From Eubacteriales bacterium (GTDB lineage Bacteria > Bacillota > Clostridia > Oscillospirales > CAG-272): 64,000 bases of DNA. The position numbers were made by a program, and so were the translations under genes. The DNA lies in the NCBI GenBank assembly GCA_045127455.1, contig JBGVQK010000086.1, forward strand, positions 488-64,487, in the 5' to 3' direction. Position 1 is the first letter of the stretch, and every line of letters starts with the position of its first letter. Shown here piece by piece: positions 54,949-61,778 of the stretch. The notes beneath the pieces were generated by a model. That model did not search any database, was not told where the DNA came from, and saw only the letters and a program-made list of their open reading frames with translations.

Positions 54949-55737
54949 TCATTTAATAGGTGTAAAAATTTCATTATTGAGGCGTTTTCTCAAGGTGTTT
55001 AGATTACATACGGTAATATTACCTACCACACATTCATCTATCACGTTAAGTACTACACTGTCCTTTGTAAATTTAGCAACGGCATAAGAAGGATCGACTA
55101 CCAAATAGTGATATTCTATTCCTTTTGTCGGAAATTCGGGAATCGAATACGTGTTGAACATATCTTCAACAATCTCGCGCTCTTTCGGAAGCCGACCCTC
55201 CAAAAAGCCCCGTTTTTTATTCCGCACAGATTTGTGCATACGATACTCACAATCATTCACCAATAAAAAAGTTCTAAACCATGGGAATGGAATCCCCACA
55301 AAATGAACGTGTAATGTTTTTTGATTGATTCCAATTTCAATATGGCTATCCCTTTTCACACCGAGCAAAGATGCAAAAGGTGCGCGATGAAAACGACAAG
55401 AATGTCCATTTTTGCGGCAGAGCTGCCATATTTTGAAATATGCAAAAAGTCTCCCGAAGAAGAATCCCAATAGCGGCAAAACGATAGTCGCTAGGAGTAT
55501 TATTAAGACTAACACAATCAAAGTGGCTATAATAACAAGAAACGCCCGATATGTATCACTTTCTTTATACAAAGAAAACCATTTTTCCACACTATCTACA
55601 TAGTTATCAAAACCACCGATTATGGAAATGAGACGGGCAAAAATGAAGCCCACGATTAAAACAACAACTCCTATTATAACAGATGCTATAATAAGCTTCC
55701 CTTTTGTTTTATTGGAAAGTTTTTTTCTTCTTTTCAT
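54949..55737 (-). CDS. membrane-anchored protein, paralogue 2 of the unrecognised family (262 aa)
   Basis: MKRRKKLSNKTKGK, two TM segments, and the same conserved motifs. The ATG overlaps the upstream stop (ATGA). Confidence 0.7.
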   Translation of the reverse strand: MKRRKKLSNKTKGKLIIASVIIGVVVLIVGFIFARLISIIGGFDNYVDSVEKWFSLYKESDTYRAFLVIIATLIVLVLIILLATIVLPLLGFFFGRLFAYFKIWQLCRKNGHSCRFHRAPFASLLGVKRDSHIEIGINQKTLHVHFVGIPFPWFRTFLLVNDCEYRMHKSVRNKKRGFLEGRLPKEREIVEDMFNTYSIPEFPTKGIEYHYLVVDPSYAVAKFTKDSVVLNVIDECVVGNITVCNLNTLRKRLNNEIFTPIK

Positions 55738-56369
55738 TTTGCATCGTCCTTTCTTTCAAAGACGTACCAATAGGGTTCGATGCCGCACAGTCTTTTGACG
55801 ATGTTGTCAACAGTAATATCATTGATATCAACCGGAATCTCTGATGTAAAAAATTCACTTTTCAAAAAAGAAAGCTCTTTTTTGGCTCCTGAAACCGTTA
55901 TTGACTTTTCTATCAGTGATATGTCGGTTCCGGCGACAATAGTGTAATTTTCCTTGATGATATGTTTTTGTATCAAATCGAATCTCCAACAAGTTAAGTT
56001 CGCATTTTCTTTAGCAAACTCTACAAATGTAACAGTATAAATCGGGCTGCGCGTTTTGCTGTCCTTTCCTTTTTTGATCGGCTGCGCTTGAAGATCAAAG
56101 CCCTGTATGCATTTTTTCAAAACATCGTTCTCTATATTTTCAGCAACCCATTTATTGAGCACAGAATCAATTTCGGAGTCTTTGATTTTTTGCGTTTTCA
56201 AAAAAATCAAGGCAGAAACAGCGACAGCAAAAATGGGAGTCCCGATTGGTATGCCGTGCCACGCAAATGTGATAATACCTGCTGCAATAATTGCCACTCC
56301 TAAAAGAATGAACTCTAAAACGGTCCAGTTTTTTTGTTCAAAATATTTTTGCGCCAAATCCTTTTTCAT
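55734..56369 (-). CDS. membrane protein, unknown function (211 aa), with a C-terminal tail copied from the MerR-like gene
   Basis: Two TM segments near the N-terminus. It ends GIEPYWYVFERKDDAK, versus GMEPYWYVFERKDEAK at the end of 57763..58875. Confidence 0.65.
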   Translation of the reverse strand: MKKDLAQKYFEQKNWTVLEFILLGVAIIAAGIITFAWHGIPIGTPIFAVAVSALIFLKTQKIKDSEIDSVLNKWVAENIENDVLKKCIQGFDLQAQPIKKGKDSKTRSPIYTVTFVEFAKENANLTCWRFDLIQKHIIKENYTIVAGTDISLIEKSITVSGAKKELSFLKSEFFTSEIPVDINDITVDNIVKRLCGIEPYWYVFERKDDAK

Positions 56370-56390
56370 AATACTGCTCCTCTCTTTGAT

Positions 56391-56963
56391 TTAACCGATC
56401 ACTAACGAATGTCCGCAGTCCTCACAATGAGAGGCGGTTTTGTCGTTATTCGTTCCGCAAACAGAACATTGAACCATTTTATCGGATGATTTTGGCAGAA
56501 CAACGGTTTGCATAGAGCCGTACAAATGAAAAACACGGTCTCCTACTTTATAAGTCTCTAAATTTTGTGCCAATTTGGTACTTCTTTCGTACGCCTTTTT
56601 GCGTACTACAATACCGTTCTCTTTTTCAACATGCAAAAAAATTGTGTTTTTCATATATAGGTTTTCTCTCGTGGGGCGACCGTGATACTCATTATCGACT
56701 GTGGTGGCAATTTCCAACTTTTGAACTGTACCGACATACGTTTGATCGATCAGTTTGAACGGCACACCCGTTACAGCAAACGGAACAAGCATTATCATTG
56801 TATACACAATTACCTTAACGATTTCTTTGTCAATTGGCAGAATAACGTCGCCCCAAAAGATCAATGCTATGGAAAAAGCAACGAGCAACAGCACGCACGG
56901 AACAACTCTTTTGAGAGCGGATTTAATTGCAAAATTTTTTAGATCTTTTGGTAATGTTTTCAT
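56391..56963 (-). CDS. membrane protein with a C-terminal zinc ribbon, unknown function (190 aa)
   Basis: Two TM segments, a soluble middle part, and CSVCGTNNDKTASHCEDCGH. RBS AGAGGAA. Confidence 0.65.
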   Translation of the reverse strand: MKTLPKDLKNFAIKSALKRVVPCVLLLVAFSIALIFWGDVILPIDKEIVKVIVYTMIMLVPFAVTGVPFKLIDQTYVGTVQKLEIATTVDNEYHGRPTRENLYMKNTIFLHVEKENGIVVRKKAYERSTKLAQNLETYKVGDRVFHLYGSMQTVVLPKSSDKMVQCSVCGTNNDKTASHCEDCGHSLVIG

Positions 56964-56986
56964 TTTGATATTCCTCTCTGAAAAGT

Positions 56987-57766
56987 TTAGTCGATATTGG
57001 AATGGAGCTTACTTTTGAGATGTTTTTTCAAAACCTTCATCCTGCATACGGTAATATTCCCCGAGGTACACTCACCTGTTATGCTCAGCATTTTTTTGTT
57101 TTCGATGAAATATGCGTTTGCATAAGAGGGAGAAATGACAAGATAATGACGTTCTGTTTCGTTTGACAAGAGCGCAGGCATAGTGTATACCGTATAATTA
57201 TCGGGATCCATAACCTGTTCACTCGGTCGAATAAAGCCACCAAAGCCGCGCAATTTTCCGGGGATAGACTTATGCATACAGTATTCACGGTCATTTGCCA
57301 ATAAAAACATTCTCAAAAACGGGAACGGGATATCGATCAAGTGAATGTGCAAGGTTTCACCCTTTATTTTTATTTCTATATCAGCCTTTTCACTTACACC
57401 TATCAAGGAAGCAAACATCGGGCGGCGAAAGCGGCAAGAATACTTTTTTTGAATGCAAATACACCATATTTTGAAATATGTAAACGGCTTTGCAATAAAA
57501 AAACAAAGCATGGGTAATATTTGATTGACGAAAAGAACCAAGAAAGCAAACTCTGCTATAACAAGAGCCACCGTTGCAATGGTAGCAAGAATTTCAAAGC
57601 TTTTATCGCTCAATTCGTTAAAAAGCTTTTTCCCTATCGAAGTGTTAAAGAAAGCAGAAGTGACAATAGTGATGCAAAATGCCAAAAACAAACCGATAAC
57701 AATGATAGAAGCAACGAGAATTAGAATTTTCCCTTTTGTTTGGTTTGAAATTTTTCTTCTTTTCAT
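56987..57766 (-). CDS. membrane-anchored protein, paralogue 1 of the unrecognised family (259 aa)
   Basis: MKRRKISNQTKGK, two TM segments, and the same conserved motifs. The ATG overlaps the MerR-like stop (ATGA). Confidence 0.7.
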   Translation of the reverse strand: MKRRKISNQTKGKILILVASIIVIGLFLAFCITIVTSAFFNTSIGKKLFNELSDKSFEILATIATVALVIAEFAFLVLFVNQILPMLCFFIAKPFTYFKIWCICIQKKYSCRFRRPMFASLIGVSEKADIEIKIKGETLHIHLIDIPFPFLRMFLLANDREYCMHKSIPGKLRGFGGFIRPSEQVMDPDNYTVYTMPALLSNETERHYLVISPSYANAYFIENKKMLSITGECTSGNITVCRMKVLKKHLKSKLHSNID

Positions 57767-58875
57767 TTTGCTTCGTCCTTTCTTTCAAAGACGTACCAAT
57801 AAGGTTCCATGCCGCCAAAGGCATAATCGCCCGATTTATGCTCTACAAGGAGATAGTCTTTGCCCTCAAAGCTTTTGATGATGTATTTCTCTGCCGTCAT
57901 GTGGGTGCGGTTGAGGACGAGCCCCTTGGTATAGTTGACTCCCCAACTCATTTTTTTGCCGTTCGCTTCGGAACGGGTAAATTTGAGACAGATTCCGCGC
58001 GGCAAAAATTGCATTTCCACAATGCTCAAACGTTTTTTGGGAGAGCATTGATGTGCCGGATCAAAATCTTCGGCGCGGTGAACAAAATCCACAACGCTCC
58101 ACGTGCCACTAACCGCGGGATCCTCTACAAAGGGGTAATCGACCTTGTCGATATGCGGGCGCATTTGATCCTCACTGTAAGCAATGGTATCGACCTGACG
58201 ATACAGAACGGGGAGCGCTTGGTCGATTGCAAGGTCGTTATCCTTCATAAAATAGATGATCATATAGTGTTCGCCATTTTGGCGGACGGTTCGGTATGGG
58301 TTTGCAACCGAGGAGCCGTGCTTGCCCGACATGGTGTAAAGGATTCCTTTTGTCCAAAAGTAGGACCACACGTTTGCTCCGCCCGGCATAAAGATGATCT
58401 CCTTGAAGATGCGTTCCTCGGGCGCGATTTCAACTGCCGAAGCAAAGTCGTTTTCATCGCGCAGCATTCCGCAAAGCTCCCATTTGCCAACCACCTCGGG
58501 GTGATTGGTGAAAGGAATATTGACGATGCTTGGCAATGGCTTTCCGCCCTCATCGTGCGCAAACATCCCGTTTATGGTTTGTACCTGACCTTGAATTTGT
58601 TGAACCGAGGAAAGAAGTGTTCCCTTTTTCTTTTTGAGCATTTCCTTTTCTTCTTCCTCGGTGGCAGCCAGTAATTTTGTAATTTCTTGCAGCGAGAAGC
58701 CGAGGTCTTTATAAAAGATGAGCTTTTTGTATTTTTTTACAGCCTCGGGGGAGTAAAAACGATACCCTGTTACTTCGTCGACAAAGTCCGCTTTGAGGAC
58801 TCCCGCATCATCGTAATAGCGCAACGTTCTTGCACTGGTGTCGCAAATTTTTGCAAAGTCACCTATTTTTAGCAT
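57763..58875 (-). CDS. MerR-family transcriptional regulator with a ~300-aa C-terminal domain of unknown type
   Basis: MLKIGDFAKICDTSARTLRYYDDAGVLKADFVDEVTGYRFYSPEAVKKYKKLIFYKDLGFSLQEI. ATG 58875 follows GGAGG-N7. The track start 58899 lies inside the -10 box. Confidence 0.85.
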   Translation of the reverse strand: MLKIGDFAKICDTSARTLRYYDDAGVLKADFVDEVTGYRFYSPEAVKKYKKLIFYKDLGFSLQEITKLLAATEEEEKEMLKKKKGTLLSSVQQIQGQVQTINGMFAHDEGGKPLPSIVNIPFTNHPEVVGKWELCGMLRDENDFASAVEIAPEERIFKEIIFMPGGANVWSYFWTKGILYTMSGKHGSSVANPYRTVRQNGEHYMIIYFMKDNDLAIDQALPVLYRQVDTIAYSEDQMRPHIDKVDYPFVEDPAVSGTWSVVDFVHRAEDFDPAHQCSPKKRLSIVEMQFLPRGICLKFTRSEANGKKMSWGVNYTKGLVLNRTHMTAEKYIIKSFEGKDYLLVEHKSGDYAFGGMEPYWYVFERKDEAK

Positions 58876-58897
58876 TGCACCGCCTCCTTTTTCCTCC

Positions 58898-58928
58898 ATT
58901 ATAACATTACAGTTAACTGTAAAGTCAA
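58898..58928 (-). promoter_or_regulatory. MerR-type promoter/operator (19-bp spacer containing a perfect palindrome)
   Basis: The minus strand reads TTGACT (58923-58928), spacer ttacagttaactgtaatgt (19 nt), TATAAT (58898-58903). TTACAGTTAACTGTAA (58907-58922) is a perfect 16-bp palindrome. Confidence 0.8.
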
Positions 58929-59103
58929 GACCTTTTTGGAAAAAAATTCTTTTTTCTTTGCCTTTTTTTGAGCTTTTGTGATACTTTTGATTGCTATTTG
59001 GTATCTATTAATATAATTATATCATCATTTGATTGTTTTGTCAATACCTTTTATGATATTTTTACAAAAAAATTTTGCAAGTGTAAACAATTTTGCATTT
59101 ATA

Positions 59104-59132
59104 TTGACATTCTCACTCAAATCATCTATAAT
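59104..59132 (+). promoter_or_regulatory. sigma-A promoter of the flavodoxin gene
   Basis: TTGACA, 17 nt, TATAAT, about 30 nt before ATG 59162. Confidence 0.6.
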
Positions 59133-59161
59133 TAACGTATTACAAAATAATGGAGATTTTT

Positions 59162-59683
59162 ATGAAGATTTTGATCGCTTACGCCTCTAAAAACGGCAGT
59201 ACGGCATCCTGCGTCGAGCGGCTTGCAAAGGGATTGAACGGGCTTGACGTCACCGTGGCTGATCTTGCGCAGGCAAAGCCAAACGCCGCCGAATTTGATA
59301 TGGTGATTGTGGGTGCGGCTGTGCATCATCACCGCTTCCCCACCCCTGTAACGCGCTTTTTGCGTGAGGAAAAAGAGGTTCTGAAAACCAAAAAGCTCGG
59401 GTTGTTCCTTTTGTGCGGCATTGCCGAGGAGCAAACGTATTATATAGAAAAGCTTTTTGCACCCGAATTGCGTGAGCATGCGTTTGAGGTCGCCTTTTTT
59501 GGTGGCAGTTTGCGTTATGACGGACTGAAATTTTGGGATAGGTTCTTTGTTTGGAACCTGCGTTCCCTGATTGTTGAAGCCGACATGAATGATGGCGAGT
59601 ACATTGCCTCGATGCCCGGATTGATGCCCGAAAACGTTGATAGAATGGCATCGTTGGCGAGAAAAGAGCTTTTTAAAGGTTGA
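59162..59683 (+). CDS. flavodoxin-domain protein
   Basis: MKILIAYASKNGSTASCVERLA (FMN phosphate loop). ATG follows GGAG-N7. Confidence 0.75.
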   Translation: MKILIAYASKNGSTASCVERLAKGLNGLDVTVADLAQAKPNAAEFDMVIVGAAVHHHRFPTPVTRFLREEKEVLKTKKLGLFLLCGIAEEQTYYIEKLFAPELREHAFEVAFFGGSLRYDGLKFWDRFFVWNLRSLIVEADMNDGEYIASMPGLMPENVDRMASLARKELFKG

Positions 59684-59736
59684 GAAAGCAAAAAGAATTT
59701 TCGATTAAAATTGCAATAAAATATTGCAAAAAGGTG

Positions 59737-59765
59737 TTGACAAACAAAACAAAGTGTGCTATAAT
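59737..59765 (+). promoter_or_regulatory. sigma-A promoter of tRNA-Lys
   Basis: TTGACA (59737-59742), 17 nt, TGcTATAAT (-10 at 59760-59765). Confidence 0.7.
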
Positions 59766-59784
59766 ATTTGGGTGAGCGAAAAAT

Positions 59785-59860
59785 GACCCATTAGCTCAGA
59801 TGGCAGAGCACATGACTTTTAATCATGGTGTCCGGAGTTCGACTCTCCGATGGGTCACCA
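59785..59860 (+). tRNA. tRNA-Lys (anticodon UUU)
   Basis: Acceptor gacccat/atgggtc, D arm gctc-agatggc-agagc, anticodon stem catga/tcatg with loop ctTTTaa (59818-59820), T arm cggag-ttcgact-ctccg, encoded CCA. Confidence 0.9.
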
Positions 59861-59898
59861 AAAAGAGCAGGTACTACAAAGTAGTGCCTGCTCTTTTT
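59861..59898 (+). terminator. terminator after tRNA-Lys
   Basis: aaaagagcaggtactac-aaa-gtagtgcctgctcttttt. Confidence 0.8.
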
Positions 59899-59995
59899 GT
59901 TAACTCCACGAGTCAAACTCCGCCGATTTTCGCTTGCGAAAATCGGCATAACCTGCGCCTTTGTGGCTTTGGCATAATGCTGAATAAAAGCGCAG

Positions 59996-60178
59996 GTTTG
60001 AGTTCTGACTCTCCGATAAACCACCGCGTGTTTGAGTTCTGACTCTCCGATAGAATTGAATATATTCTCTCATAATAACGCGGGCTCCCTCCACCGCTAT
60101 CGCGGTCCCCCTCCCTCCCGGAGGGAGGCTTATATAATACGCTTGCACTACGCGTGTTTGCTTTCTGACTCTCCGATA
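59996..60178 (+). repeat. three direct copies of a 23-nt echo of the tRNA-Lys T-arm/acceptor 3-prime end
   Basis: gtttgagttctgactctccgata at 59996-60018 and 60030-60052, and gtttgctttctgactctccgata at 60156-60178. Compare the tRNA segment gagttcgactctccgat (59835-59851). Confidence 0.7.
60078..60130 (+). repeat. GC-rich hairpin repeat, copy C of the dispersed family
   Basis: cgcgggctccctcc, accgc-tatc-gcggt, then cctccctcc-c-ggagggagg (60110-60128). Same orientation as copy B at 53101-53160. Confidence 0.65.
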
Positions 60179-60187
60179 TAAATAAAA

Positions 60188-60214
60188 ACGACAGAGATTT
60201 GATTTCTCTGTCGT
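60188..60214. terminator. terminator after the GT2 gene (bidirectional hairpin)
   Basis: acgacagag / ctctgtcgt stem with T-runs on both strands, 15 nt beyond the stop at 60229. Confidence 0.7.
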
Positions 60215-60228
60215 TTTGCTTTTTTGTT

Positions 60229-60942
60229 TTATACGGGCGTTTTACGGATCCTTTTTTTCATCTGTCGCAGATCCTTCAGCATTTTTAGGGTATCGCGGAT
60301 GATGCGGACCTTGGATTCGCCGTGGTTGATGACACGTACGGGGATCTCGACGATCTTCATCTTCATTTTAACTGCCCAAAGGATGGCTTCAAAGTCGAAG
60401 GCGAAGCTATTGACCTCGCAACGCGAGAAGATCCTCTCTGTTGCTTCGGCACGAAAAGCCTTGCATCCGCACTGCGAATCGGAAAGCTTGAAGCCGCCCG
60501 CAATGCAAAGAACCTTGATGTAGACCTTGGACATGATCTTGCGCAGGAGCGTGTAGCCCTCGTATCCCGATTTATCAAGATTACGCGAGCCGATCACAAG
60601 ATCGGCATCGGGGTTTGCTTCAAAAGCATCTGCCACCTTTTTGATAACGTCGGTTCCATACGCGAGGTCGGCATCGGTGAACATTCTCACGTCCCCCTCT
60701 GCTGCAAGCATTGCCGTGCGAACGGCACAGCCCTTGCCTTGGTTTTTTTCATAGCCGATGACGCGAACGTTTGGCAAATTGAGGGCGCGAACCGTCTCGT
60801 CGCAACCGTCGGTGCTACCGTCGCTGCAAAAAAGGATCTCGTAATCCTCAAACGTTGCCGCCATATAGTCGGAAAGCGTTTTGGCACTTGCCGCGATTAC
60901 GCGATTTTCGTTATACATAGGAATGCAAACCGAAATTTTCAT
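60229..60942 (-). CDS. family 2 glycosyltransferase (dolichyl-phosphate hexosyltransferase-like)
   Basis: ISVCIPMYNE, FCSDGSTDG, NQGKGCAVRTAM, FTDADL. Confidence 0.85.
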   Translation of the reverse strand: MKISVCIPMYNENRVIAASAKTLSDYMAATFEDYEILFCSDGSTDGCDETVRALNLPNVRVIGYEKNQGKGCAVRTAMLAAEGDVRMFTDADLAYGTDVIKKVADAFEANPDADLVIGSRNLDKSGYEGYTLLRKIMSKVYIKVLCIAGGFKLSDSQCGCKAFRAEATERIFSRCEVNSFAFDFEAILWAVKMKMKIVEIPVRVINHGESKVRIIRDTLKMLKDLRQMKKRIRKTPV

Positions 60943-60944
60943 TG

Positions 60945-61778
60945 TTATTCTCCTTTTTGGTAAATGAAAATGTCAAAGTCGACCTCTGTTGTGAGTGTTT
61001 GAATATTTTTGAGCTTGGCGCGGTCTGCCTCGGAAGTGCGCCAATAGTAAGGCGTCATGGAAAAGAGCGCCTCGATGGCTTCCTCGCCCTCAACGGTAAC
61101 GGTGTATTGCAGGCGCTGGCGGTCGATCTCCTTCATTTCTTTGGGAAGGTCGGCTCTGCCGGGATTGAGATATGGGTTTTCGTAAAGCACTTGCTTTAGT
61201 CCCATTAAATGTCGCTCACCCGCGCCAACAAGAATGAGGTATCCGTTCTTTTTCAGCACGCGTGCAAATTCGCTCTCACAGCAAGGTGCAAACAAATTGG
61301 TAACGGCATCGCAGGCGGCATTTGCTACGGGAATTGAAAAAATGCTGCCCACCGCAAATGCGGCTCCCGTGGCATTTTGCTTTGCAGATTTCGCGGCGGC
61401 ATCAATGCCTGCGCGTGAAAGATCTACACCCAAGACCGCGCGATCCTTTTCTGCCATACGGTTGGTATAATAGCCCTCACCGCATCCTGCATCGAGCACG
61501 GCTTTGGCATCCAATTTTTGCAGGATCTCGTTTATTTTGTTTGAAAGAGGCGCGTAATATCCTGCATTTAAAAAGAGACTGCGTGCCCGAATTGCCTCGC
61601 GCAGATCCCCTTCTCCCTCGCCGGGGCGAGTGAGATTGAGATATCCGCTACGCGCAAAGTCATAGGAGTGTGTTCGTGCCCCTGTGCAACGGCAAGACTT
61701 TTCGGCTTCGTCCGTTTGCATTGAGGCGGCACACACCGGGCAGCGCAACATAGCAAGAACAGTATGTTTCACTGTCAT
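60945..61778 (-). CDS. rlmA: RlmA-like rRNA (guanine-N1)-methyltransferase
   Basis: N-terminal Zn motif CPVC...C.C..H.YDFARSGYLNL followed by SAM motif VLDAGCGEGYYT, collinear with E. coli RlmA. Confidence 0.7.
   Translation of the reverse strand: MTVKHTVLAMLRCPVCAASMQTDEAEKSCRCTGARTHSYDFARSGYLNLTRPGEGEGDLREAIRARSLFLNAGYYAPLSNKINEILQKLDAKAVLDAGCGEGYYTNRMAEKDRAVLGVDLSRAGIDAAAKSAKQNATGAAFAVGSIFSIPVANAACDAVTNLFAPCCESEFARVLKKNGYLILVGAGERHLMGLKQVLYENPYLNPGRADLPKEMKEIDRQRLQYTVTVEGEEAIEALFSMTPYYWRTSEADRAKLKNIQTLTTEVDFDIFIYQKGE

Noticed and set aside
59785-60230. Integrated prophage or genomic island at the 3-prime side of tRNA-Lys
   Set aside because: Only att-like echoes are present. There is no integrase, excisionase or cargo between them, and the next gene is a GT2 with core-like composition.
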